Part shown: positions 55,802-64,000 of the stretch, in pieces | Position numbering within the stretch: the first letter of the stretch is position 1 | Layout of the letters: every line of letters starts with the position of its first letter | Origin: an uncultured Eubacterium sp. | GTDB taxonomy: Bacteria; Bacillota; Clostridia; Oscillospirales; Acutalibacteraceae | DNA: 64,000 nt | Direction: 5' to 3' | NCBI GenBank assembly: GCA_905233545.1 | Contig: CAJOEV010000005.1 | Span: 1,425-65,424, forward strand | Program-made: the position numbers and the translations under genes | Notes under the pieces: generated by a model | What the model saw: only the letters and a program-made list of their open reading frames with translations | Told to the model about the DNA's origin: nothing | Databases searched by the model: none

Positions 55802-56524
55802 ATGCAGAAATTATTTATTGATTACACACCCGAAAACGAAATAATTCTTGACGGCGAACAGGCGCGCCATATTGCCAGGTCCCTGAGGATGAAAAAGGGC
55901 GATATGCTGATTGTCAACGATTCAAAGGGAAACGATTTCGGCTGTATTATTGAAGAAATAACCAAAGAAACCGTCAGACTTTCGGTTTGCTATCAGCAGG
56001 CAAGCGATTGCGAGCCCGACTGCAAGGTAAGAATTTATCAGGCAAACCCGAAGGGAAGCAAGATCGAAGATATTATTCAGAAATGTGTTGAGCTCGGCGT
56101 TTTCGATATTACACCCGTTTTAACGGCAAGGTGCGTAAGCCGTCCCGACGAAAAAAGCGCGAAAAAGAAAACCGAAAGATATAATAAAATTGCCCTTGAA
56201 GCCGCCCAGCAGAGCGGAAGGGGCATTGTTCCGAAGGTAAACGGGCTTATTCCTCTAAAACAAGCTGTTCGGGAGGACGACAGTGAAGTTAAAATTGTTT
56301 TCTATGAGGGTGGAGGCGCTCCGCTGAGAGAACTTGTCGGCGAAAACACAAAAAGCGTTTCAATCTATATCGGTCCCGAGGGCGGATTTGAAAAAGAAGA
56401 GGTTGATTTGATAGTATCAAACGGTGCCTCAGCCGCAACTCTCGGCAAAAGAATCCTTCGAACTCAGACCGCTCCCGTAGCCGCTCTTTCGGCAATTATG
56501 CTGATAACTAATAATCTTGAATAA
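55802..56524 (+). CDS. rsmE: 16S rRNA (uracil1498-N3)-methyltransferase
   Basis: 240 aa containing ...LDGEQARHIARSLRMKKGD... and IGPEGGFEKEEV. Confidence 0.9.
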   Translation: MQKLFIDYTPENEIILDGEQARHIARSLRMKKGDMLIVNDSKGNDFGCIIEEITKETVRLSVCYQQASDCEPDCKVRIYQANPKGSKIEDIIQKCVELGVFDITPVLTARCVSRPDEKSAKKKTERYNKIALEAAQQSGRGIVPKVNGLIPLKQAVREDDSEVKIVFYEGGGAPLRELVGENTKSVSIYIGPEGGFEKEEVDLIVSNGASAATLGKRILRTQTAPVAALSAIMLITNNLE

Positions 56525-56527
56525 TAG

Positions 56528-56649
56528 TAAAGAGTGAAAAGAGAAGAGTGAAGAGTTTTGGTTTCTCGGCTTTGCCTCGGTCAATAAAAATTATTGTCTG
56601 AGCGCAGCGAGTAACTTCAATTCTTCACTCTTAATTCTTAATTCTTAAC
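56528..56649. repeat. heptamer-arm element, full copy B (AGAGTGA/GAAGAGT arms, same double core as 35051..35109)
   Basis: TAAAGAGTGAAAAGAGAAGAGTGAAGAG, then TTTTGGTTTCTCGGCTTTGCCTCGGTCAATAAAAATTATTGTCTGAGCGCAGCGAGTAAC, then TTCAATTCTTCACTCTTAATTCTTAATTCTTAAC. Confidence 0.85.
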
Positions 56650-57498
56650 TTATAAATTATTCCTTGCCCAGTGGAATAAATACTGCTGAGCAATTCCTTC
56701 AATTCCCTCAAAGCATTCGGGAAGTCCGTCGGGATAATATTCCATAACCCTTTTCATCCAGACATCAACGGGGAAGGCGCTCAAAAAGCCAAAACCGAAC
56801 AGCAAAGCGCAGTTTGCAACCTTTATTCCAACTCCGTATATATTTAACAGCTCTTTCCTCGCGTCGTCGAGCGAAAGGCTTTTTATTTTCTGCAAATCGA
56901 TTTCACCGCAGGCAACATCCTTTGCAAGCTTTTCAAGATATTTTGCGCGGTATCCGCAGCCGAGCGCTTCAAAATCAGCTGTGCTGAGCTGTGAAAGCCT
57001 TTCAGCCGAGGGGAAGGAATAATATCCGTTTCCCAAATCATCGCCGTATGCATTGCAAAGGCGCGAAATAATAAGCTTTATTCTTTTAATATTGTTCTGC
57101 TGGCTTATAACAAACGAGCAAAGCGCTTCCCAGGGCTCCTGGTTCAGTATTCTTATGCCGTAGTATTCATCAATGGTTGAGGAGAGAAGCTCGTCCTCTT
57201 TGAGTTTTTCGCAGATTGCCTTATAATCCCTGTTTAAATCGAAATAGTTAACCCAGAAATTATTGAAAACATCAATATCCGTGTTTTCAAAGATTAAATC
57301 GCCGTTTTCTTTTCTGATTTTAAGGAAATGACCGCCCGCAGCACCGCAGTAGGAGCCGTCCTCCTGCCGTTCCCATCTGAAAGCCTGACCGCAGTCAAGA
57401 GTTAAGTCCAGGTCAAGACAGTCAACGCCTGACACAACAAGCGAATTGTTTAACTTTTTTATCTCCATAATTTTTCTCTTTTCGTCAAAATTATACAA
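56650..57498 (-). CDS. HhH-GPD DNA glycosylase (8-oxoguanine / 3-methyladenine glycosylase type)
   Basis: 282 aa containing ...LDCGQAFRW... and ...LLNIYGVGIKVANCALLFGF...FPVDVW. The start may instead be the internal MEIKKL. Confidence 0.8.
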   Translation of the reverse strand: MYNFDEKRKIMEIKKLNNSLVVSGVDCLDLDLTLDCGQAFRWERQEDGSYCGAAGGHFLKIRKENGDLIFENTDIDVFNNFWVNYFDLNRDYKAICEKLKEDELLSSTIDEYYGIRILNQEPWEALCSFVISQQNNIKRIKLIISRLCNAYGDDLGNGYYSFPSAERLSQLSTADFEALGCGYRAKYLEKLAKDVACGEIDLQKIKSLSLDDARKELLNIYGVGIKVANCALLFGFGFLSAFPVDVWMKRVMEYYPDGLPECFEGIEGIAQQYLFHWARNNL

Positions 57499-57574
57499 AT
57501 AATTATAACATCAATTTGTCAATAGTCAAATTAAAAAACGGCAAAATTCACAAAAAAATATTACTCTTTTGTAA

Positions 57575-57730
57575 TGTTGAAAACTATGTGTAAATTGTTA
57601 AAAAGAAAACGGAGTTGTTTGCAAAATGGGTTTTCAACAGCCAAAAAACCCACAAATAAAGGCGTTTTTCACTGAGTTTTTAACATTTTCCACAGAGTTT
57701 TCCACAAGAGATAATAGACGGTGGATATTA
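57575..57730. promoter_or_regulatory. DnaA-box cluster outside oriC
   Basis: TGTTGAAAA at 57575, TTTTCAACA at 57631, TTTTCCACA at 57686 and 57698 (tandem, 12-bp period), GTGGATATT at 57721. Confidence 0.6.
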
Positions 57731-57862
57731 CAAAGTGTTATTGAAGAGCGTTGTCAAGTAAAAATTTTTGCTCAATTTTAACAAAATTCAAAACATTAAA
57801 AATTGAATAATTATATTGGAAGAACAAACACTATTTGTATAATTTGTCAAGGAGTTGAAGAT

Positions 57863-58132
57863 GTGATTAAAGGAATTAACAAACAGATTTTAGAGGTAAC
57901 AAATACCGAGTCGCCGTACTTTGAAAAAATCATATTTTTTGTGCGCCCGACATCACAGTCGGTGAGTGAAAACAAGCTTCAGGAGGAGGCTGAAAAGCTT
58001 TCACAGAAAATAAAAAAGCCCCCGAAGGAAAAAAGAAGCACCAAGCAAATTGTTTCAACGGGGTTATATATGTTTCTCGGTCTTGGCGCAGGCTGTGCGC
58101 TTACATTTTTAATATCGGGAATAATTAAGTAG
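57863..58132 (+). CDS. hypothetical tail-anchored membrane protein
   Basis: GTG 57863 follows AAGGAG. C-terminal TM segment LYMFLGLGAGCALTFLISGII. Confidence 0.45.
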   Translation: MIKGINKQILEVTNTESPYFEKIIFFVRPTSQSVSENKLQEEAEKLSQKIKKPPKEKRSTKQIVSTGLYMFLGLGAGCALTFLISGIIK

Positions 58133-58148
58133 ATGGGGGGATTTTGTT

Positions 58149-58829
58149 TTGAAAAAGATATTGAACTATTTGTTGATTTTCGTTCTTGTTGCGGCAATAG
58201 GAGCAGGCAGTTTTGCCGTTTTTAACGCAACATTTAAGGAGGAAAGCGTTTATGCGCTTTCAAAATACGGCTCAACGGGGAGCGAGGTTAAAAAAATACA
58301 GAAGGTTTTGAAGAGTTTGGGCTACTATACGGGTTCCGTTGACGGAATATACGGAACAAAAACAAAGAAGGCGGTAACTCAGTTCCAAAGGGACTGCGCG
58401 CTTACTGCCGACGGAATATGCGGACCGAAAACCCTGCTCTATCTCGGACTTTCGGACGATGGAGGAAGCGGCTATTCAAGCCAGGATGTCAATCTGCTTG
58501 CAAAGGTTATTTCGGCTGAAGCAAGGGGAGAGAGCTATGAGGGTCAGGTTGCTGTCGGAGCGGTTATTCTTAACAGAGTGGCGCACCCGAGCTTTCCCGA
58601 TACGGTCAGCGGAGTTGTTTATCAAAACGGCGCATTCTCCTGCGTAAACGATTCAAACTGGTATCAGCCCGTTGCCGATTCGGCAAAAAGAGCCGCTCAG
58701 GACGCCATAAACGGCTGGGACCCGTCGGGCGGAGCAGTTTATTACTACAACCCCGAAAAAACGAGCAATAAGTGGATACGAAGCAGAACGGTAGTAAAGG
58801 TCATCGGGCATCATTATTTTTGTATATAA
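58149..58829 (+). CDS. sleB: SleB-like cell-wall hydrolase (PG_binding_1 + Hydrolase_2 domains)
   Basis: GSEVKKIQKVLKSLGYYTGSVDGIYGTKTKKAVTQFQ and LLAKVISAEARGESYEGQVAVGAVILNR. TTG start. Confidence 0.8.
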   Translation: MKKILNYLLIFVLVAAIGAGSFAVFNATFKEESVYALSKYGSTGSEVKKIQKVLKSLGYYTGSVDGIYGTKTKKAVTQFQRDCALTADGICGPKTLLYLGLSDDGGSGYSSQDVNLLAKVISAEARGESYEGQVAVGAVILNRVAHPSFPDTVSGVVYQNGAFSCVNDSNWYQPVADSAKRAAQDAINGWDPSGGAVYYYNPEKTSNKWIRSRTVVKVIGHHYFCI

Positions 58830-58885
58830 TTATGAATTACGAGTTACGAATTATTGTTACTCGCTTCGCTTGGACGATTATAAGG
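58829..58885. repeat. half module (ACGAGTT/ACGAATT arm + core GTTACTCGCTTCGCTTGGACGATTATAAGG)
   Basis: ATTATGAATTACGAGTTACGAATT + ATTGTTACTCGCTTCGCTTGGACGATTATAAGG. It starts at the sleB stop. Confidence 0.7.
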
Positions 58886-58957
58886 CTCTCCTTAAGGGGA
58901 AGGCAATATATACAAACAGCAGCACCACAAATCCGTGATGCTGCTTTGTATTTTTCT

Positions 58958-59449
58958 TTATGAATAGTATTCGTCTTTGCCCATTATCCACTTTTTTGGG
59001 TTTTCTTCAATATACTGAATATGATATAAATAATCTTCTTCGTTTCTGATAATGTGGTCGTAGTATGAGCGCTGCCAGAGTGTTGAGCCATATTTATGTG
59101 TTGTATATGACTTTATGTCTCTGATGATGTCCTGTAGGGGAGGGTTTCCGCGCCCTCCCATCATAGGTTTGCAGATTGAGACTAACAAATGAATATGATT
59201 AGGCATAATAATGTGTTTTTCAATACATATATTTTTAAACCTTGAATTTGTATATTCGATTGATTTCTGAACCTCAAGACCAATATCGGAAAGTTCTATT
59301 TTGGGGAGGGCGCGGAGACCCTCCCCTACATTTTTTACGGAAGAGAGAACACATTTCATATCCTCAGTACATATAGTTATGAAATATTTTCCGTTTGAGG
59401 AATAATCATAATCCTTCAACCTTGTAGGTTTTCGGTCTTTCTTTTCCAT
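58958..59449 (-). CDS. REP-associated tyrosine transposase (RAYT, IS200-like HUH), full length
   Basis: LKDYDYSSNGKYFITICT N-terminal strand. HUH motif in IIMPNHIHLLVSI. C-terminus WQRSYYDHIIRNEEDYLYHIQYIEENPKKW. Confidence 0.85.
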   Translation of the reverse strand: MEKKDRKPTRLKDYDYSSNGKYFITICTEDMKCVLSSVKNVGEGLRALPKIELSDIGLEVQKSIEYTNSRFKNICIEKHIIMPNHIHLLVSICKPMMGGRGNPPLQDIIRDIKSYTTHKYGSTLWQRSYYDHIIRNEEDYLYHIQYIEENPKKWIMGKDEYYS

Positions 59450-59451
59450 TA

Positions 59452-60852
59452 TTATTTAGTAAAAAATGTCAAGAATGCTTTATATGTCATATAAACATCG
59501 GTTTTTGCAACGATTTCATACGGTGCGTGCATTGAAAGAACGGGAACGCCGACGTCGATTGTGTCAACATCCATATTTGCAATGAAGAGCGCAACCGTTC
59601 CTCCGCCTCCGTTATCAACCTTGCCGAGCTCACCGCTCTGCCAGAGCACGCCGTTATCCTCAAGCATTGCCTTAACAAAGCTAACAAATTCCGCCGATGC
59701 GTCGCTTGTTGAGTATTTTCCGCCGTGGCCTGTGAACTTTGTTACGCAAACGCCCTGATTAACGAAGCTTGCATTATTTTTTTCAAATGCGCTGCCCCAG
59801 GTCGGGTCATATGCAGCGTTAACATCCGCTGAAAGACACATTGAGTTGCGAAGAACATCCCTTCCTTCATATCCCTCAAGTCTTGCTAGGTCCTCGATGA
59901 AGTATTTTAGATAGGATGACGCAAGACCCGTGTTTCCGTCGGAGCCGATTTCTTCTTTATCGGTTAAAACGGTTATTGCCGTATATTCGGGAGCATCCTC
60001 GATATCAAGAATTGCCTGGAGTGCGGGATATGCGCAAACCCTGTCGTCGTGACCGTATCCGCCGATTAAGCTTCTGTCAAAGCCGATATCGTCAACGGCA
60101 AATGCAGGAACAAGCTCAAGCTCTGCTGAAAGAAAATCTCTTTCAACAATTCCGTACTTTTCATAGAGAAGCGAAAGCAGATTGAGCTTTATTCTCTCGC
60201 TTTCCTCGTCATCCTTAAATGGTCTTGAGCCGATAACAACATTGAGCTCCTCGCCCTTGACTATGTCGTTTGCCTTTCTCTGCATCTGCTCTTTATCAAG
60301 GTGGGGAAGAAGGTCGGTTATGCAGAATTTGGGCTCGCCCGGTGCTTCGCCGATTTTAACATCAACAAAGCTTCCGTCGTTTTTGCATATTCTTCCGTGG
60401 AGCGAAAGCGGAATTGCCGTCCATTGATATTTTTTAATACCGCCGTAGTAGTGGGTTTTGAAAAAGCCGAGTCCATCCTCTTCAAAAACGGGGCACTGCT
60501 TAAGGTCGATTCTCGGTGAATCGATATGTGCGGCTGAAATTCTTACGCCGTCCTTAATGCTTCTTTTGCCCTTAACGCAGAGAATTATTGCCTTGCCCCT
60601 GTTTGCGCGGTAAACCTTATCACCTGCACTGAGCGCTTCGCCGAATTCATCAAGCTTAACAAAGCCGTTTGAAAGGGCAATATCCTTAACGAAGGAAGCA
60701 ACCTCTCTTTCGGTTTTGCATTCCTGAAGAAATTCCTTATATCCTTCGCAAAAATCATCGCAAACAGAAAGCTCTTCTTCGCTCATAAAGTCAATTGCAT
60801 TTTCTTTTTTGTTAAAAAGCATTTCTTTGAGCTGTTTTGTTTTTTCACTCAT
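59452..60852 (-). CDS. M18-family aminopeptidase
   Basis: 466 aa containing ISAAHIDSPRIDLK and ...YGHDDRVCAY.... Confidence 0.8.
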   Translation of the reverse strand: MSEKTKQLKEMLFNKKENAIDFMSEEELSVCDDFCEGYKEFLQECKTEREVASFVKDIALSNGFVKLDEFGEALSAGDKVYRANRGKAIILCVKGKRSIKDGVRISAAHIDSPRIDLKQCPVFEEDGLGFFKTHYYGGIKKYQWTAIPLSLHGRICKNDGSFVDVKIGEAPGEPKFCITDLLPHLDKEQMQRKANDIVKGEELNVVIGSRPFKDDEESERIKLNLLSLLYEKYGIVERDFLSAELELVPAFAVDDIGFDRSLIGGYGHDDRVCAYPALQAILDIEDAPEYTAITVLTDKEEIGSDGNTGLASSYLKYFIEDLARLEGYEGRDVLRNSMCLSADVNAAYDPTWGSAFEKNNASFVNQGVCVTKFTGHGGKYSTSDASAEFVSFVKAMLEDNGVLWQSGELGKVDNGGGGTVALFIANMDVDTIDVGVPVLSMHAPYEIVAKTDVYMTYKAFLTFFTK

Positions 60853-62417
60853 AGTATTTCCTCCAGTATATCGTTAATTTGTTCATTTATATTCTGCCCG
60901 TTATTGTAAATAACATAATCACTGTTTTCAATATAATAATCATCAGAAAACTGGGCGTTTATTCTCTGCATCGCCTGCTCGGTTGATATAACATCTCTGC
61001 CGATTATTCTTGAAAGCCTTGTTTCAAGCGGAGCGCTTACGCAGATTATTTTATAGCATTCCTTATCAGCATTAGCCTCAAAAAGCTGGGGCGCGTCCAA
61101 AACGCAGGGAATTTCGCTTTGCTTTTTGCACTCCTCAATAATTACAGGGTGCATAATTTTATTCAAAATTGCGGTGTTTTTCTTGTTTTTAAAGGCTCTT
61201 TCTGCAAGAAGCTTTCGGTTAAGCTCACCGTTTTCAAGAATATCTTTACCGAATGCATTTTTAAGCTCAGTGAGCAGGGGAGAGCCCTTTTCAGTGAGCT
61301 TTTTTGCGATTATATCGCTGTCAATAATCTTGAAACCGCGCTTTTCTAGTTCTTCGCAGACATAGGTTTTTCCTGCGCCCGTCGGTCCCGTAAGACCGAT
61401 TGTGAAGGGCTTGTTCAAATCTATAACATTGAACGCAGCCGCGCGGATAAGCCTGTTGAAAACAGCCGTTCCGACACCGTCTTTATTCGGAATTCTTGCA
61501 TAAACCTTTTGCGCGCCGAGCTCGTCAAGCTCGCGGAGCTTGTCGAAAAGGAGCTTTGCCTGGCTTAAATCGTCGTTTTCCTTTCCGAATGTTACCTTCG
61601 GAACGGTTATGTTATCCTCTTCAAAGCAGAGCGCAAATGCGCCCTTTTTTGAATTGACAAATTTTTCATAGCCTTCCCTGTCAGCGTCAACAACAATAAT
61701 CTTCGCTTTCGGGGAATAGTGCTTGTATTTCATACCCGGGGAGGCGGCTTTTTCGCCCTCTTCCATTTCGCCGAGAACGGCTTTTGCAAGCTCGGTTTCG
61801 CCGATAACGCCTTCAATCATTTCCTTTGTTATCGCACCCGGTCGAAGAATAACGGGAGTTTTCTCAGCAAGGGTTATAACCGTTGATTCAACGCCGAATT
61901 CACAGTCTCCGCCGTCAACAATCGCGTCGATTTTTCCCATCATATCGCTGATAACATGGGACGCTTTTGTGGGCGAGGGAAGTCCGCTTGTGTTTGCGCT
62001 CGGAGCAGCAACGGGAACGCCTGCAGCCTCAATAACGGCTCTTGCAACCTCGTTTTTCGGCATACGGAAGGCAACTGTATCAAGTCCTCCGCTCACCGTA
62101 TCGCCGACAAGAGCACTCTTTTTAAGAATTATTGTCAGCGGAGCGGGGAAAAATGCGTCAATAAGGCGCTGTGCTTTTTCGGGAATTGTTTCAACAAGCT
62201 GATTTATATCCTCTTTTTTTGCAATGTGAACAATCAGCGGATTGTCGCTCGGTCTGCCCTTTGCACGGTAAATGCTTTTAACCGCCTCATCATCAAGGGC
62301 GTTTGCGCCGAGTCCGTAAACCGTTTCAGTCGGAAATGCAACAAGACCGCCGTTTTTGATTATTTCACCTGCAAGCCCGATATCCTGTTTTGAAGTTGAA
62401 AGTATTTTTGTTTTCAT
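60849..62417 (-). CDS. fusion protein: L-threonylcarbamoyladenylate synthase (Sua5/YwlC type) + dephospho-CoA kinase
   Basis: The N-terminal ~340 aa carry GGLVAFPTETVYGLGANA...KGRPSDNPLIVHI plus the Sua5 domain. The C-terminal ~185 aa carry IGLTGPTGAGKT and ...IMHPVIIEE... (CoaE). Confidence 0.8.
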   Translation of the reverse strand: MKTKILSTSKQDIGLAGEIIKNGGLVAFPTETVYGLGANALDDEAVKSIYRAKGRPSDNPLIVHIAKKEDINQLVETIPEKAQRLIDAFFPAPLTIILKKSALVGDTVSGGLDTVAFRMPKNEVARAVIEAAGVPVAAPSANTSGLPSPTKASHVISDMMGKIDAIVDGGDCEFGVESTVITLAEKTPVILRPGAITKEMIEGVIGETELAKAVLGEMEEGEKAASPGMKYKHYSPKAKIIVVDADREGYEKFVNSKKGAFALCFEEDNITVPKVTFGKENDDLSQAKLLFDKLRELDELGAQKVYARIPNKDGVGTAVFNRLIRAAAFNVIDLNKPFTIGLTGPTGAGKTYVCEELEKRGFKIIDSDIIAKKLTEKGSPLLTELKNAFGKDILENGELNRKLLAERAFKNKKNTAILNKIMHPVIIEECKKQSEIPCVLDAPQLFEANADKECYKIICVSAPLETRLSRIIGRDVISTEQAMQRINAQFSDDYYIENSDYVIYNNGQNINEQINDILEEIL

Positions 62418-63490
62418 TATTCTTCGCTTGCCTTGAGCTTTTCGGCTGTGTCGGCGGTGATTAAAGCGTCAATCAGCTCGTCGAGGTCACCGTTTAATAT
62501 CTGCTCAAGCTTATATAATGTCAGATTGATTCTGTGGTCGGAAACTCTGCCCTGGGGATAGTTATATGTTCTTATTCTTTCGCTTCTGTCGCCCGTTCCG
62601 ACCTGGGCTTTTCTTTCGCCTGCAATCTCGGCGTCGTGCTTTGCCTTTTCGGCGTCATAGAGCCTTGCGCGAAGCACCTTCATTGCCTTTTCCTTGTTTT
62701 TGTGCTGGCTTCTTTCGTCCTGGCATTCAACAACCGTTCCTGTTGGAATATGGGTTATTCTGATTGCGGACGAGGTCTTGTTTATGTGCTGACCGCCTGC
62801 ACCGCTTGAACGGAAGGTGTCGATTTCAAGGTCTTTTTCGTTGAGTTCAAAATCAACATCATCCGCCTCGGGAAGCACTGCAACGGTTGTTGTTGAGGTG
62901 TGAATTCTTCCCTGGCTTTCAGTTTCGGGAACACGCTGAACTCTGTGAACGCCCGATTCAAATTTGAAGCGCGAATATGCGCCGTCGCCGTTGACGGAAA
63001 AGCTGACTTCCTTAAATCCGCCGAGTCCCGTTTCGCTTGCGGAAAGAAGCTCGCATTTGAAGCCCTTTGCCTCGGCGTACATATTATACATTCTATATAA
63101 AACGCCTGCGAAAAGGGCGCTTTCCTCTCCGCCTGCACCGCCGCGGATTTCGATAATAACGTTTCTGTCATCGTTGGGGTCACGCGGAAGAAGAAGGATT
63201 TTCAGCTCCTCGCTGATTTTTTCCATATCCTCTTTGCTCTGCTCAAATTCCTCTTTTACCATCTGGGCAAAATCGGAATCAAGAGAGCCGTCACCAAGCA
63301 TTTCCTTTGATTCCTCATAGGTGTCCTTTGCTCTTTTATATTCTCTGAATTTTTCAACAACGGGGGTGAGCTGTTTCAACTCTTTCATAAGCTTTGTATA
63401 TTGCTCCATATCGGCAATAATTTCGCTTTTGCATACAAGCTCGTTTACCTCGTTATATTTTTTTTCAACTTGTTCTAATTTATCAAACAT
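62417..63490 (-). CDS. prfA: peptide chain release factor 1
   Basis: 357 aa starting [15 protein letters not shown], with the [13 protein letters not shown] motif. Confidence 0.97.
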   Translation of the reverse strand: MFDKLEQVEKKYNEVNELVCKSEIIADMEQYTKLMKELKQLTPVVEKFREYKRAKDTYEESKEMLGDGSLDSDFAQMVKEEFEQSKEDMEKISEELKILLLPRDPNDDRNVIIEIRGGAGGEESALFAGVLYRMYNMYAEAKGFKCELLSASETGLGGFKEVSFSVNGDGAYSRFKFESGVHRVQRVPETESQGRIHTSTTTVAVLPEADDVDFELNEKDLEIDTFRSSGAGGQHINKTSSAIRITHIPTGTVVECQDERSQHKNKEKAMKVLRARLYDAEKAKHDAEIAGERKAQVGTGDRSERIRTYNYPQGRVSDHRINLTLYKLEQILNGDLDELIDALITADTAEKLKASEE

Positions 63491-63493
63491 AAC

Positions 63494-63715
63494 TAAGCAG
63501 CCTAAAACCGAAACATAATCGTTTCTCAGCCGTCCTTTCTTGATATTTTCGCCGTAATCTTCTCGATTTACGACAGTAAAACTTCGTCGCTTACGACGAA
63601 ACTATCTAATAAACTACTGGCTGAGAAATGCACAGCAGTTTTTAGATACCAGAAATTTACAAATGCAAAAGAATATGCCTCTAAAAACCGATTAGTTTCG
63701 GTTTCAGACTGCTTA
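63494..63715 (-). ncRNA. structured repeated element, copy 2 (fills the DUF951-prfA intercistronic gap)
   Basis: On the minus strand TAAGCAGTCTGAAACCGAAAC pairs with GTTTCGGTTTTAGGCTGCTTA. It aligns with 8446..8724 except for a roughly 55-nt shorter sub-domain. Confidence 0.7.
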
Positions 63716-63889
63716 TTCCTTTATTGCTTTAATGTTTTTTTCAATTTTATTTCGTGCAACCATAACCTCGCGGCTGCATTTGGTACATCTGATTTTGAAA
63801 TCCGCGCCGATTCGCAAAACCTCAAATTCGTTGTTTTTGCAGGGATGGGGCTTTTTCATAATCAGAATATCGCCGACTTTAACATCCAT
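63713..63889 (-). CDS. DUF951 family small protein
   Basis: Own translation gives MDVKVGDILIMKKPHPCKNNEFEVLRIGADFKIRCTKCSREVMVARNKIEKNIKAIKE. It is below the ORF-track cut-off. RBS is GAGGAAG. Confidence 0.8.
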   Translation of the reverse strand: MDVKVGDILIMKKPHPCKNNEFEVLRIGADFKIRCTKCSREVMVARNKIEKNIKAIKE

Positions 63890-64000
63890 TTTCTTTTTCT
63901 TCCTCTGTGCAGTCTGATATCAATCAATATTATAACACCAACTTTTGCCATTATCAACATAATTAGTATTTTTAAATCATAGTTATTTAATATAAATTTA

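Noticed and set aside
57626-57781. 51-aa ORF (MGFQQPKNPQIKAFF...) with a weak GGAG upstream in the glycosylase-sleB spacer
   Set aside because: Its sequence is largely the translation of the tandem TTTTCCACA/TTTTCAACA boxes. A regulatory DNA explanation fits better. It cannot be excluded without expression data.

Overview
This window is the chromosomal replication-origin region of a low-GC Firmicute. Gene content (sleB, prsW, jag, noc) suggests a Clostridia-like spore-former, but that is inference only. The conserved block dnaA-dnaN-yaaA-recF-remB-gyrB-gyrA lies on the minus strand from 41.6 to 32.5 kb. It is followed, unusually on the same strand, by rpmH-rnpA-yidD-yidC-jag-mnmE-mnmG-rsmG-noc-soj-spo0J-serS (26.5 to 15.5 kb). 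Right of dnaA lie folE-folP-folB-folK, an FMN-riboswitch-controlled ribU, cell-envelope genes, an arsR-headed metal locus, rsmE, a DNA glycosylase, sleB, an M18 aminopeptidase, a Sua5-CoaE fusion and prfA. The non-coding content stands out. (i) About 20 intergenic palindromic elements are built from locus-specific arms of degenerate 7-nt tandem repeats around conserved cores, often combined with GTAG-tailed GC hairpins (REP-like). (ii) Two RAYT-type (IS200-like HUH) transposase genes each carry an inverted pair of such REP hairpins in frame inside the ORF. (iii) A two-copy, 220-280 nt, highly structured element shows only G-U mismatches and one compensatory change. Each copy ends exactly 3 nt before a translation-related gene (rlmB, prfA). 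(iv) A 33-bp duplication of the gyrB 3' end flanks a 130-bp hairpin-rich insert. (v) There are DnaA-box clusters, including one 16 kb from dnaA, and two parS sites. (vi) Two P-type-ATPase relatives lack the catalytic domains or motif, and fba carries one in-frame TGA. I saw no rRNA gene, tRNA gene or CRISPR array. All calls come from reading the sequence and the ORF track; no database search was run.
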